A stretch of DNA of 62,686 bases, filler included, from Circinaria calcarea (lineage: Eukaryota): assembly GCA_051942165.1 (NCBI GenBank). It is 26 parts of 26 records of this genome, joined end to end, with 100 filler letters (N's around TTAATTAATTAA, not from the genome) between each part and the next. Parts side by side here need not be neighbours in the genome. Positions count along the whole stretch, not along the records: positions 36,307 to 38,618 come from JAVECS010003664.1; positions 38,719 to 41,029 come from JAVECS010003665.1; positions 41,130 to 43,440 come from JAVECS010003666.1; positions 43,541 to 45,849 come from JAVECS010003667.1; positions 45,950 to 48,258 come from JAVECS010003668.1; positions 48,359 to 50,665 come from JAVECS010003669.1; 20 more parts are not named here. The stretch is one strand, 5' to 3'. Numbering within the stretch: position 1 is the first letter of the stretch; each line of letters opens with the position of its first letter. A program made the translations under genes and the position numbers. The notes beneath the pieces were generated by a model. That model searched no databases. It saw only the letters and a program-made list of their open reading frames with translations, and was not told the origin of the DNA. Positions 36,520 to 49,804 of this stretch are shown here, piece by piece.

Positions 36520-38423
36520 GTTGACTGAGTACTAGTTGATAGACGAGATTGTAATGTAATGAACTGTAGATAGAGACGAGTGAATGCCCGTTGCAATCTC
36601 GCTTGGCGGATACCAGCAGATGCACGTTTGCAGAACGGGGTGAACTCGTGGCCCCGTAGGACTTTACTTTCGGAACCCATTGTGAGTCAGCAACATGCGG
36701 ATCAGGTCATGGATAGCTATCAGTATCTACCTCAGGACTGTTGACAGAGAAGAAGTACCCTCTGGTCGCTTATCCCACTCACATCACTTTACAGTGTCAA
36801 TACTGATTCCGGGATAAGTCGACCTTGTCCTCCGGATCATGCGGATAGGGTTGGACTACCAGAATCCTCGTACTACGGACTAGCCAGGTCAAAATCCAGC
36901 TGAGTTCCAATTGCAAGCCACAACGGGAGAACGACGTATAGGAATTGTAAGTCCCATTGGATAGTTACAAAGAAGGTAGCAGTAAGATAATGAGATGCTC
37001 GTACACGATGTCTGACGTAGCCCTCCCGCTTCCTTATCGATAGCGAAAGTAAGGGGGGCAGCATCTGAGCATTCAAAGACCGTTGAAGCCCCTCGTAACA
37101 TTAAAGGATTCCCTCCGACTTTGCGCTGTATTCCTGCAATGTACTACGTTCAAGGATCATAGAATTTCTGCATATTCATGTAATTGGGTAAGAGCAAGAG
37201 AGTTCGCTAAAATACTGGTCGGCTTACGTCAGCCCCAACAGCGCCGCCTTACTATGGTACTTTTACCTTAGCATTCGCTGTGCCTACCCTTAGTAATGGT
37301 CCGGCGCCGGTGTGACCCTATGTAGAGAGGGGCGATACTATGGAGGGTGACTGAGTTGATTGGGTGTGTTGCTAAGTCTAAGAGGAGTGGTGGGGAAACT
37401 AAATACAGGCAGGTGCTGACTAAGCTCCACACCTGCCCGGGGCCTTCCTCGGAACTAGTCCTGCCCAACCATCATCACCTTCTGCACAATGCAGGAGCCT
37501 TGTGGCGTGTTTAATTACGGAGCCATCCCACAAGGTAGGTAGGTACTCGGGCTTCAATCCATCTGCGTACCGTCCATCCGTTCTACGGATGTTTTCCTTA
37601 CCATCTCCCCTTCCTCTGAAAAGAAAACTCTCAGCTCAGGCTAGACCAACAAATTCACTCGTTTTTTGTTCTGCTATGATATCTAGCAGGCTCAGCTCGC
37701 CAGAAAGCGCTTGAAATCAGGAGCCGAATCCACAATAAAGATGCCTTCGGGGCTGTGCTATGAACAAGCCAAAATATATGTATATATATGCTTTGGCAGC
37801 CTCCCCCACCACAAATCCTTTGTCGGCCGCCTGCTTCATGTAGTTTAGTGGTGGAGGACCTGCCGTCGAATCCTTCCCAACTTCCGATTTAGGGGTACGG
37901 GGAGGCATTGCCTAGGAGTATGGTTTCGACTACTTACTTTCTCCCTCGTTTGGCGTCGGCTTTCCTCACCCCTAGAGGAGTACAGCTTCCTAAACACCTC
38001 ATCTTCGCTACTCTCGGATTCGATTTTTACCATAGGACCATCATCTAGTCTTGCAAGGAGCGGATTTCAGCATCCATGTCGTGTGCCACCACCTTACGCT
38101 CTTCCTAACGGGCATTGGCTTCCTCCTGCCGTCAGTGAGCTTTTACGCCCATTTATCGCCGTGATTTCCAACACCATTACCAGGATGCAGACCGCACTGG
38201 TAATCACCTCGCTTAGCAAACTTGTTGATGGCCGAAATCCTGTTGGAGTGAGGTCTAAAGCCTATACATATATAACAACATGGTTACCCAAACAATGTCA
38301 ACCCATACTGTACATTGTCGCAGACCATTTGATTCTAGTAGTATAGTTGACCTCACCATTGTGGTATACTTGGAATCGTTTGGCACATTTCAAGATCAGA
38401 CTTATCTATTATCTTAATCAAGT

Positions 38424-38618
38424 ATGATTTCAGGAACGACTTTACGCCTGGCCTGCGCCTCTCTTCTTTTGTCAGTCCCTTCCTTGGTTTGGGCACAAAG
38501 ACTCAACAAGCCTTTGATTGACCCTCCCATCGATTTTTCCAAGATTGATCAAGGTCTCCTAAACAACCTCCGACCAACTCAGTCCACTCACGATCAATGG
38601 GGTGCCGGTTGGATTCCG
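38424..38618 (+). CDS. Secreted protein, N-terminal part (resembles conidiation-specific protein 13 family)
   Basis: Signal peptide (..SLVWA|Q) followed by DQGLLNNLRPTQSTHDQWGAGWIP. Family assignment is from recall. Confidence 0.55.
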
Positions 38619-39996
38619 NNNNNNNNNNNNNNNNNNNNNNNNNNNNNNNNNNNNNNNNNNNNTTAATTAATTAANNNNNNNNNNNNNNNNNNNNNNNNNN
38701 NNNNNNNNNNNNNNNNNNATTGCCACTCCAGGCTCTCTTACAGACGTCCCACGCGGCACCTCAAATGTGAGTTGCCCTAGTCCCAAGCTTTCTTAAATAT
38801 GATTGGCAACGTAGCTAATTTGGTGCTAGCTCCTCGCATGGAACGGTGGAGGGATATCCAATTTCACCGAGATTATCAACAAGGGCAAACCCGTCAACAG
38901 TGTGAAGAAGGTCGACGTTGCTCATCAGCTGGAAGACTTTATTGATGCCGAGATCGCGGAGCTCAAGAGCAAGTTTGCTGAGTTGAGAAGTCATTTGGAG
39001 TAGATGCCTGGGGCTATTGTGGTATAAATGGATTTCAATGGGTGGCACGGGTATAGGATAGGAGTGCGTTTTTGGGGCCCTGGTTGCCTCTGCTATCATC
39101 ACTCGGAGCGTCGGCTGCATGCGAGGGGTTTCTGTCTTCCTGTATGTCGTATGGCTGTTGCGGTTGATGATTCCATTAGACAATTCATAATTTATTTCCC
39201 ACCACGCAAACTAAGACTGCCTGTTGACCGTATCGTCGCATTAGCAAACGTGCTTGCTTCATCCTTTGTGTTTGCTTGTGCCCTGGCGGTTGACGGCTCG
39301 GTAGAACGCCTAAATCAAGTAGCGACACCAATATCCGGTCTGTAATCCTTTGAGCCGCATTGTGGTATTTTTATATACGCTCTCTCGCGGCGTGATGAAC
39401 GTGAGACAAGTCATTGATTCGAGGAAGGATTTGATTCATAGGAATTGATACTCGAGCTTCTTTAGCAATCGATCATCGATCTGACAGCCTTGTTGCGTAT
39501 CGATTGCAGCGGATATGCACGGAGGGGGAGCAGCTTCATCCACTCAATTCCCTCCCATTGAACCAATCCCTCACCAGATCCTGTAAGGCCACAAATCGCA
39601 GATCCAAGAAACACCTTTCTCTTCTTCTCGATCATCACATCTTTTCAATATCAAATCTAGAGACACGGCAGCGATATCTCTTTCCTTCTTCCCTCGAGAA
39701 TTCTCCGATGTCTCTAAACTCGCTTACCCATTTGCGCGCATCTCATCTCTCCCTCCATCTATTTATATGGCGGCTGGGTGCACGGTCTCGACCCTATGGA
39801 TAACATGAGATCACTCATGGTGGGTAGAACCGAACAAGACGATCGAAGGGGACTCTATGCTACCTTTTTACCAGACTGTTATCTTCGTTATCAATCATCC
39901 ACTTCAATATCAGTCCCTGCTTGACGCTCCTTTTCCCTGTTACTGCATTCATCGACAAGGTGGTCCAAAATTTGAGAAAACCATCCAATCGAGTGG

Positions 39997-41029
39997 TATG
40001 CCTAGCTTCCATCCGCCATGGAGACCGTGGACCATCGTGGACCGTCAAGATCTTGACATGTTATCTCCAAGATGGACGGAAAGCGAGACGGCGCGGGATG
40101 ATGAATCTTATAGGAGTCACAGCGTTGGTGGGCCGATGGAAGTCGATGATGAATTGTTGGCGAGTCCGAACGCATCCTCAAACTTCAAGGCGAAGAGGAA
40201 ACGGTATAAAGGATGGCTGTTCTACAGTGTCTTGGCCGGGAGGTAGATAAATCCAGCGCCCCTGCTTTTCTACTCGCAAAATTTAGTACCACAACCAAAG
40301 CCCAGATTCGAGCAGCATACATCGACCAACCGCCTCCTTCGCAGGAGTTCTCTACTAACACAATTTTCCTTGAAAGTATCCTCATCCTCATAGGAGGCTT
40401 AATCGCCGTTGCCACAAGTACTGCAAAACGGAAAAGCAAGCCCCCACCCCCATCACCACCACCACTTCAATACTTCAAGGGTATCGCCACATTTAACGAC
40501 TATTCTGTTCGTAGTCCCACTATACCATACCATTGAGCAGAAACTAAACCACTTTCACAGAAGCAACCCTCCGTTAACTGCGAATCTGGGAAACAAACCA
40601 GTAGGTCCAACCTCCACGCCCCCCTATTCCTTTTCGTCTTCCTCTTCCTCTGCCACAAGAACCTACCTCATCCTCTAACATTCTCGCCACCAGAAAATCC
40701 CGGAAAGATCTGGGGCGCCGCAGCTGGAAGTATAAGCCCTCAAATATCCAAAGGCGCTACCTGCGCCGGCGACTGGCGAACCCTTGCCTCCACAAGGGAA
40801 AACTGGTATCTTATCTTCCCTCTCCCTTTTTCCACCCCCCAAAACCACCACCGAAACACTAACCCTGAAACACAGCCTTCCCAACTCCACCTTTCCAATC
40901 CCAACCTACTCCGGCCCCTCCTGCGACCAACAAAACTGCGGCACCTGCTACCAAATCACCTACCTCGCTCCCGCCTCCAACACCTCGCAGTCCGGTCCCT
41001 ACATCCCCCCACCTTCCTTCTTCTCCCCC
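39997..41029 (+). pseudogene. Membrane-anchored Cys-containing protein, possibly double-psi beta-barrel/endoglucanase-like; disrupted
   Basis: TM segment ILILIGGLIAVA, Pro linker, FKGIATFNDYS, probable intron, then AAAGSISPQIS.GATC and YSGPSCDQQNCGTCYQIT. The frames do not join cleanly. Confidence 0.35.
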
Positions 41030-41129
41030 NNNNNNNNNNNNNNNNNNNNNNNNNNNNNNNNNNNNNNNNNNNNTTAATTAATTAANNNNNNNNNNNNNNN
41101 NNNNNNNNNNNNNNNNNNNNNNNNNNNNN

Positions 41130-43440
41130 TCGGATGACTTTCAACTTCGAGTCTACAACTACAATACCTCCGAAAAGATCACCTCCTTCGAAGCGCACCC
41201 TGACTATATCCGGGCTATAGTCGTTCATCCCACGCAGCCCTTTGTTCTTACCGCGTCAGATGACATGACAATTAAGCTCTGGAATTGGGAAAAGGAATGG
41301 AAATGTGTGCAAGTTTTCGAGGGGCACAGTCACTATGTGATGGGCTTAGCAATCAATCCCAAAGATACAAATACGTTCGCGTCAGCATGTCTAGACCGGT
41401 CGGTGAAGATATGGAATCTGGGTTCTGGTCACGCCAACTATACTCTAGAAGCACACGAAACAAAGGGAGTCAACCATGTTGATTACTACCCTCGGTCAGA
41501 TAAACCATATCTTCTGACCACATCTGATGACCGGACGGTTAAAATCTGGGACTATACAACAAAATCCCTTATTGCGACTCTAGAAGGTCATACCAGCAAC
41601 GTGTCTTTTGCATGCTATCATCCTGAGTTACCCGTGATAATATCGGGCTCGGAAGATGGAACGATAAAAATATGGCATGCCAATACCTACAGATTAGAGC
41701 AGAACCTTACATACGGACTTGAACGAGCCTGGTGTGTTAGCTACCAGCGTGGTCGACAAGGTATAGCTGTCGGTTTTGATGACGGAGCCGTGGTTGTAAA
41801 GATGGGTAGAGAGGAACCCGCAGTATCTATGGACAATTCAGGCAAGCTGATTTGGGCACGACATAGCGAGATCCTATCAGCGGTGATAAAGGGAGGAGAT
41901 ACCACTATCAAGGACGGCGCACCACTTAGTTTACCGTCCAAGGATCTTGGCACCTGTGAAATACACCCTCAGACTCTTACTCATTCCCCTAATGGCCGGT
42001 TCGTTTCGGTGTGTGGAGACGGCGAATACATCATTTACACCGCTCTTGCATGGCGAAATAAGGCATTTGGTACTGCCCAGGACTTTGCATGGGGTTCAAA
42101 AGATAATAGCAACGACTATGCGATACGAGAATCATCCATAAGCGTTAAAATATTCCGCAACTTTAAAGAGAAGCCTGGCGGAATGGATGTAGGCTTTCAG
42201 GCTGAGGGACTTAGCGGTGGAGTTTTACTTGGTGTCAAAGGTCAAGGTGGTATTGGCTTCTTCGACTGGGAGACGAATGCACTTGTCCGGAGGATAGGAG
42301 TGGATCCTAGAAACGTATGACCTCGTAATCTAGCTGTAGATAATAACTGACGTGTACAGGTATACTGGTCTGAAAGTGGCGAACTTGTTACCCTAGCCTG
42401 CGAAGATACATTCTATGTCCTTCGCTTCTCTCGTGAAAATTACACCGAAGCCCTCAATGCTGGTCTTGTCGAAGAAGACGGCGTCGAATCGGCGTTCGAA
42501 GTGGTAACAGATATCAACGAATCTGTCCGCACAGGCCAGTGGGTAGGTGATTGCTTTATATACACAAACTCTACCAACCGTCTCAACTACCTTGTCGGAG
42601 ATCAAACCTACACAATCTCCCACTTCGATCAACCGATGTACTTGCTAGGGTATCTCCCTAGAGACGGTCGTGTCTATGTTGCTGACAAAGACGTTGCTGT
42701 TGTATCCTTTGCTCTCTCCCTCTCGGTTGTAGAGTACCAAACGCTCGTCTTAAGAGGTGATATGGATACTGCGGCCGACCTTCTTATGGACATTCCCGAA
42801 GATCAAAAGAATAAGATTGCCCGTTTCCTTGAAGGTCAGGGCCAAAAGGAAATGGCGCTGGAAGTCGCCACGGATCCTGAACACCGCTTTGATCTTGCAC
42901 TTTCTCTTAACAACCTCCCTATCGCCCTCGAGATCGCTCGTGAAGCAGACGTTGAACATCGCTGGAAAACAGTCGGTGACGCTGCACTAGCAGCCTGGGA
43001 TTTTGCGCTCGCAGAAGAATGTTTCACCCACGCCCGAGATCTCGGCTCCCTCCTCCTCCTCTACACATCTACCGCCAACGCTGACGGCATGCGCAAAGTC
43101 GTCAAACAAGCCGAGGGCGCCGGATTACACAATGTCGCTTTCTCCTGCCTCTGGCAACTTGCAGACGTCGACGGCTGTATCGATCTCCTGATCCGTACGA
43201 ACCGTTTGGCTGAAGCGGTCTTTTTCGCGCAGACTTATAAACCCAGTCGAGCGGCTAAGACGGTCAGGATCTGGAAGGAAGTGTTAGAGAAGGATGGGAA
43301 GGGAAAAGTGGCGAGGATTATTGCCGTACCGCCTGGTGGGGATGAAGAAGGGGATGAGGAGTTGTTCCCGGAGTGGGATGAGTATTTACGGATGGAGGGG
43401 GCCGGGGAGGGGGATTTGCTCGATGTGGGTGGAGATGGAG
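41130..43440 (+). CDS. SEC27: Coatomer subunit beta-prime (partial; intron 42315-42359)
   Basis: WD40 repeats (FEAHPDYIR, FEGHSHYVM, LEGHTSNVSFA), MGREEPAVSMD, YIIYTALAWRNKAFG and WVGDCFIYTN. Confidence 0.97.
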
Positions 43441-43540
43441 NNNNNNNNNNNNNNNNNNNNNNNNNNNNNNNNNNNNNNNNNNNNTTAATTAATTAANNNN
43501 NNNNNNNNNNNNNNNNNNNNNNNNNNNNNNNNNNNNNNNN

Positions 43541-44468
43541 GAGCCCCACCCACCACCAACGTCTACGTAGAGGCGAGCAGAAGACCAGTCAAAGGCTTCT
43601 ACCAACGTCTCAATGTTGGTCCTTGCTGCAAAACCACTCATAGCTCCAGCATATCGACGGGCGCGCTCAGGAAGTTGACTCAGGTAGTCGTAGATACCCT
43701 TGTCTGTTTTGTGTCCTAAGGTATACCCCTGACAGTTTTGCTGTTAATACGTTTTGATGGAGTAGAGAAGGCAAAGAACTTACGCATTCATGTGGTGCCT
43801 TTGCTTGGCCATACTTTTGCAATGCATCAACTGTCTGTATGGAATCTCAATTGCCGTGTAATATCAAACTCAAGTATCAACCTACATGCGGCGCACCAGG
43901 AAACATCTCTTCAGTCATGATGCCGACAATGTCTCGCATTTTTTCATTCAGCGCAAGCACTTTTGTTGCCGCTGAGTGTACAACCTTCCCGTCACGCTCT
44001 TGAAAGATGTGGTTTGTCATTGCATGACGAATAAGACGGCGAAGGTCGACTTCATTCAGCCCACATTTGGATGATAGAGCTTCGAAGCTAATATCCTGGT
44101 CCAAGGGGAATGCGGAGAACATGTTATATCGGTACATTGCATGAAGGCTCAAAGCATCATTCGGGCTGTTGACCTACGAAAGTAAACTCTTGATATTGCT
44201 AGCACAACCCCGGTGCTGGACTCACCCCAATACCCATCAACAACTCCGTGGGCCCTTTCATCAGATTATGAAGCTCGAGTGTTGATGAAACAACCTTGTC
44301 TTGAGCGGCGAGCACATCCACATCCTGGGGAGATATTGGTACCGCTGCCGGTCCGTCGGCATCGAACGAAGGCTTGGGAAGATTGTTCAGGGTCAGATAT
44401 TCATCTACAATAGCTGTATTTTCAGCAATGATTACTGCAAGTTCAGTGATTCTAGATGCCGGAGCCAT
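43541..44468 (-). CDS. Fungal secondary-metabolism O-methyltransferase, N-terminal part (three introns)
   Basis: SRITELA.II..NTA.VDEYL....LP.PSFD, winged-helix LRRLIRHAMTNHIFQE...V.HSAAT, ERARRYAGAM and SAM motif YVDVGGGWG. Confidence 0.9.
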
Positions 44469-45156
44469 TTTGGGCTTCGAAAGTCGCTTTCAAACCAAAC
44501 AAAGTAATCCAAGATGACAGACAGAGGCTTTGGAGTAGATGCAGCCATGTGTGAGAAACATCATGGAGGGGCATATTCGGCGTTCGTTGCCGTATAGTTG
44601 CCTTGACTTTTTCGAAGTTACGAATGCAGGGCATCTTCAGCCCCGGACGTCAAAAAAGCGGCCGATGATGATGCACTTCCGGTAATAGGCCGCCCACTAG
44701 AAGCTCCCTCCGATATGACTTACCTTAGCGTCGAGGCTGAGAGGCTAATGTCGTGCAGGAGGATTCGCCCTTGGCGGGCTGCAGGCACTCGGTACCGAGT
44801 ACCAATCACAGCACTCCAGGGGGACCTCGTAGTTTGATGACGCGATCTCGAGCCAACGACAGGGATGGGGAATGATGCATAAAGGTACTGTAACATGAGA
44901 TTACACTGAGGGTCACCACCGACTTTAGTAGCTAGGGTTAGGCGATCGAACACGGTCCGCGGCGCGGTTCGGAGTTGTCCTTTCGAGTCACCCACACGCG
45001 TGGGTATCGGCGCACAAGCGAGTAGTGTGATGGAGGCGATTGTTCTGGTGGCTATCACCTAATGGATTGTTACATACATTGTTTACATAGCCACACGAAA
45101 TCACCGAAATGTTTATTTTATTCATCTAGCTCACGGCATGATCTATATCCTACACC

Positions 45157-45849
45157 TCAGGAGTGCTGTCTGTCACCGAGGCTTGGGGGCGGAGGGAAAT
45201 GTCCTTCTCGGAATCCAGATCTATCATTCGATCTCCAGTGCTCAGCCCAAGATTTCAGCTTCTCATAGTTCTGGCACTTTCGTGGAAATCCCCATCCCGT
45301 CACCCCGGGGAGTGTTTCATGCTGTGGTTCGAGGCTCGAGTCGGCCGAGCACATCAAACTTTGACGCAAATAGTCAAAGCAGTGTCTCATATGCCTTGGC
45401 TCATGATACATCTCGCCACTGTGCTGTGAACTTGCTGCGGAAAAGTAGGCTCTGCGGATGGAATACTGCCAGACGTTAGCGTAAAGAAATATCTTTGTAG
45501 TATTGCCTGAATTACCAAACAGTGGAGTTGATGCACAGCCGAGACAGCCGACAATTTCGGAGAGTTCGCAGGATATCGGACGAAACCTTGTCCTTCTGCG
45601 GAGGCTTATTAGACAAAAGTATTTGCAATCCAAATGTGAGTCGGAAGTACTTGGTACTATAGCATCCCACGCCTCTTCTGTAGACTGATCCTCAGAGGGT
45701 TCCAAGCCGAAGGTTTTGTTATACATAAGTGTTTGTTGTATCCAGCCAACTTCGACTATGAGTCTCATATATACTCTCAGTAATAGCAAGACCAGCGCTC
45801 ATTTGGGAATCCTTACCACGCGGAAGCGAATGCGTCCATTCTGGTATCA
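45157..45849 (-). CDS. UstYa/DUF3328 family oxidase (5' truncated, multi-exon)
   Basis: EEAWDAIVP, first HxxHC motif VHQLHCL (followed by a GTAATT donor), second motif HMRHCFDYLRQSLMCSADSSLEP, then TGWG..RKC.NYEKL..WAE. Confidence 0.9.
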
Positions 45850-45949
45850 NNNNNNNNNNNNNNNNNNNNNNNNNNNNNNNNNNNNNNNNNNNNTTAATTA
45901 ATTAANNNNNNNNNNNNNNNNNNNNNNNNNNNNNNNNNNNNNNNNNNNN

Positions 45950-47623
45950 TTCCACCGAATATCTCGCAGAACCGTCAGATTGATGCTCCTCAAGAGGCTA
46001 GATCAAGCCTACCACCGGAGAAGGGATTTCCAATCCAAATAGGCTCGGAGCTATTCAGATTGTCGGGTACCTCTATCATGTCCGACTGTGAGTCACTTTG
46101 TCCAACAATAGTCCGACGATGCGAGCTGAGAATTCTAGAGCACCCTCTTACTTTTCAAATTTTTTCGAAGAACAGTTACGGCAAAGTGAAGAGAGCACTG
46201 GTTCAATAAGGACTCTCTACATTGACCGAGATCCGTCAACGTTTCGAGAGATATGCCGTCATCTCCAAGGTGAACTACAACACCCATTGCTATTAGTATA
46301 CCTATGCTAATGATTTAGCAGGCTACCATGTTCAGCCACGAGATGGAGGCCACTACGTACGGCTATTCGCTGACGCACAATTCTATAGCTGTAAGTTTCC
46401 TCCTCCTAATCCTGGCAAGTATTTCTCAGAAACTGACGACAGAAGTACCACGTTTGATATCTCAATTATTCAATTCGGAGATTTTTATCCAAATTGGAGA
46501 TGAGGACTTTAAAATACCTCGTGACATCTTCTCGTCCCCTGGTAACAGCCCCAATTTCTTCACTTTAGGCTTCGCAGCCTTCTTTGCCTCGCCCAATGAG
46601 GTTTTCCCTGGACTTGCCCGTCTCGGATTAACGCGACCACCTTCAATAATCCCACCCAGTGTTCACAACCGGTCTGCCCATATATTTACTGAAATTTTAC
46701 ATCTGCTCAGAGGATATCCTCTACATATTCGGAATGAGGAGCACAGAGCTGAACTAATCCGAGATTGTCGTTACTTTCATCTCAAGGGCCTCGAGCAGAC
46801 GATCATACTACATCATATCAGCTATAATATAGAACGACAAAAATCCGAGATTGTCCTGCGCCTTGAAGATATAAGGCAGTCCGGGATTTCTTTCGTTGCC
46901 GATGTGTCTCCGTCAGACCGGTCGCCCCTAGGCGGTTGGGTCAATTACGCCCGCCCTTTCGTGGATGAGAATAGCAGTGAACTTATTATTGAGATTGGTG
47001 GTGAAAATACAAAACTTGAGCTTGGAACCATGAGAGCGGAATTCCACGGAGATGCCAAAGCTAGGATCACCAGTCTTTTCCAAGTTATTGCAAACAAGAT
47101 GAACCTTCCGACGACTATGCCATTAGGCTTAATGATGGCCTCGGGGGGAATTGGAGCCCAAGCCGTCAGTCCTGGTAATACGCCATTGAGCGAGGATAAA
47201 GTTAAAGTCCGTATTGAGCGGGATGCTCATGTTCTACTGGATGGAGATGAGTATCAATTGAACGGGGATGGATTCGAAACATACGGGGACGACGGTGCTT
47301 TCTCAGATAGGCCAGTGATATCACAACCGTTGTCTGCTACTTTAAGCTCTACAGGTAGCTGGCCTATCATGGATACAAGCATCCCCAAGCACATAACTCG
47401 GCCCTCAAGCACTCAGCCTCCACCCCGAAAACGAAAGCGCAGGGGAAGTTTAGACGAGTTTGGGGAGTGGATTATCCGGAAAGGGCAATGGCGATTGCAT
47501 GTACAGCCTCGTGGTGACTTTATCGGAGCTCCACAGGCCATGGAGATTGTGTTATATGCAGTCAAGCTTGACGCTGTTAGTGGAGAGAGAGGCAGGAACA
47601 TGCTGCGAGGTTTCTTAAGCTGA
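45950..47623 (+). CDS. Tandem BTB/POZ domain protein (YLR108C-like), 5' truncated, multi-exon
   Basis: LPPEKGFPIQIGSELFRLSG.SIMSD, APSYFS.FF, LYIDRDPSTF.EICRHLQG, LFADAQFY and DCRYFHLKGLEQ. Confidence 0.88.
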
Positions 47624-48358
47624 TGTATATTCTTGATTGGATACAGAAGACTCCGCTTTCAACGGGTTTCGACAATGGTGTCTACATCCTCTTGGTATGG
47701 TAGGTAGCCTTTGAATCCAAACTGAATCGTGTGCCTATTAAATAGTCAGATTTATTCTCATTGATCGCACAAGGAGGCTTACATCAAGATACGCAGACTG
47801 CCTCATATCATCGATCTCCAGTGATAAAATCCGATAGTAGCACTGGTGAAATTGTGTGTTGAGATCGAAACTGCCTGCCCCACGCTTTGCGCACACTTTC
47901 AACAAGCCTTTCTCGAGGCTTTATATAGGGAGGGTACCAGGGTACTCCGATAAAGAGACTCTGAGTCTCCGCTATACTTTATAGTCACGCTTCGTGTTTA
48001 GGGATACCCAAACGCCTGAGGGCAGGAGCTTTATTCTCTCCTTTCCACTGTATTATAGTACTATGGTAGACGAGCTCGGCCCCTCATCGCTGTGCGACTG
48101 ATGAGAGCGAAGATTCGATGCTAGGCTACAACGTCGCCGAAGTCAACCGTTGTTATCATCTTAAATATCAACATAGATGTCTTCCGTCACTCACCCCGAC
48201 ATCAGTCCCCCGCCAGCTAAACGTCGCCGCCTCTCCCATCCCATTACCCCTCTGGCACNNNNNNNNNNNNNNNNNNNNNNNNNNNNNNNNNNNNNNNNNN
48301 NNTTAATTAATTAANNNNNNNNNNNNNNNNNNNNNNNNNNNNNNNNNNNNNNNNNNNN

Positions 48359-49804
48359 GGGCTGTCTTGAGGGACGGCGTTGGGTGGGGGTCCTTGAAGA
48401 AGAAGAAGGGGTTTGATTGGGGTTCGTGGAGGATCGAGAGCGTTCTTGGCGATTGGGGTTCAGGGGCGAGCTTCCGGCTCTGGGTCGCTCGGCAGGTCTG
48501 GCTGATACGGAGCGTGATAGTTCCACCCCTACTCTGTCTCTCTCCCGTACCACCAGACTCTCTTGTGGCCGTCGCGTGCTTGCTGCGTTCATTGTCGCCC
48601 GTCGTCCCAATTCAGCTACCTGGCGTCTTGGCCCAGTTGCTGTGGCAGAGGTAGGGGGATCCAACACCGTCGGTGAGCTTGTTATGGAGTCCGCGCTCAA
48701 CAAGTTTGACGGTCTAGCAAGAGGACTAGAGACAGTGGGCGCGCGATTCGGTCGAGAATTGATAACAACAGGAGCCAAAGCAGGGACTCTCTCCCGTCGT
48801 GGTCGATCACTCGAAGGCGCCATAGTTGCATTCTGAGCCCCTCGATCTTCTACTGCTGCACCAAATCTTGCGTACAGTCTCTCCAACTCCGCCGCATCCG
48901 CCGCCTTCTTCCTCGCATCTTCTTCCGCACTCTCCCTTAGGATCCGCGTAAAATGGTCCTCGACCTGGCTCGCCAGCCTTTGGTGTTCCGCCTGAGCAGC
49001 AGTAAGATGGCGGCTTTCCGCAAGCGCATCTTGCAAGGCGGCTGTCGTTTGGGATTCTTTAGCGGCTCTACGACGCCGTTGTCGCTCTTGCTTCTTGTGT
49101 TCTTCCTGAGAAGCACGGAGGACTTGAGCTAGTTCGTCGTCGTCGTGGTCTGCAGGAGCGGCGTTTGGGGAATGCGTGGCAGCTTCTTCGCTGGCTAAGA
49201 GTGCTAGGCGCAACTGCTCTTCCTCGGGATCTGGGAGGTCGAGTGCAGGGGAAGGTTGACTGGATGATCGCGATGGCTGTTCGGGATCTTGTATGCTCGA
49301 ATCCCAACGAGGAAGTCTTGCGGACGATCGTGTTGGCATTGGATTCTCCTCCTCCTCCTCTTCTTCACCATCAAGCGGGTCAGTATCCCTCCTCCTCCTT
49401 CTCCGTCTAGCCGGCGCAGCAGATCCAGTATCATCTGTTCGTAACCCACGACGTCTAGCCGGACTTACTTCACCTTCATCTTCATCGTCCAGTTGATTTC
49501 TTCGCCGGTGTCTCGGAGAATCATCCAGGGGGTCTTGGTCAAAATCGTCCATCTCATCATCATAATAGCTTCGACGTTGAGCTCTTGGGGTCGTAACCGT
49601 TACCGCTAGGTCATCCTCGAAGTATGTCCTTCGCTGGCGTCTAGGGCGAGCAGGTGACGCATAGGACAACGAACTGAAATACTGCCCATCACCATCATGG
49701 TCTCTTTGATACCGACGCCCAGGACGAGTCGGTGTCACATAGGATAACGAACTGGAATACTCCCCAGTCTCATGATGGTACCTTTGGTACGGACGTCTGG
49801 ACAT
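48359..49804 (-). CDS. Disordered hypothetical protein with ubiquitin-interacting-motif-like helices (3' truncated)
   Basis: About 480-codon ORF containing EEEQLRLALLASEE, DDDELAQVLRASQEE, ALQDALAESR and EDHFTRILRESAEE. Confidence 0.65.

Noticed and set aside
27064..45849. One large secondary-metabolite cluster spanning methyltransferases, amidinotransferase and UstYa
   Set aside because: The genes lie on different unlinked contigs ordered only by length.
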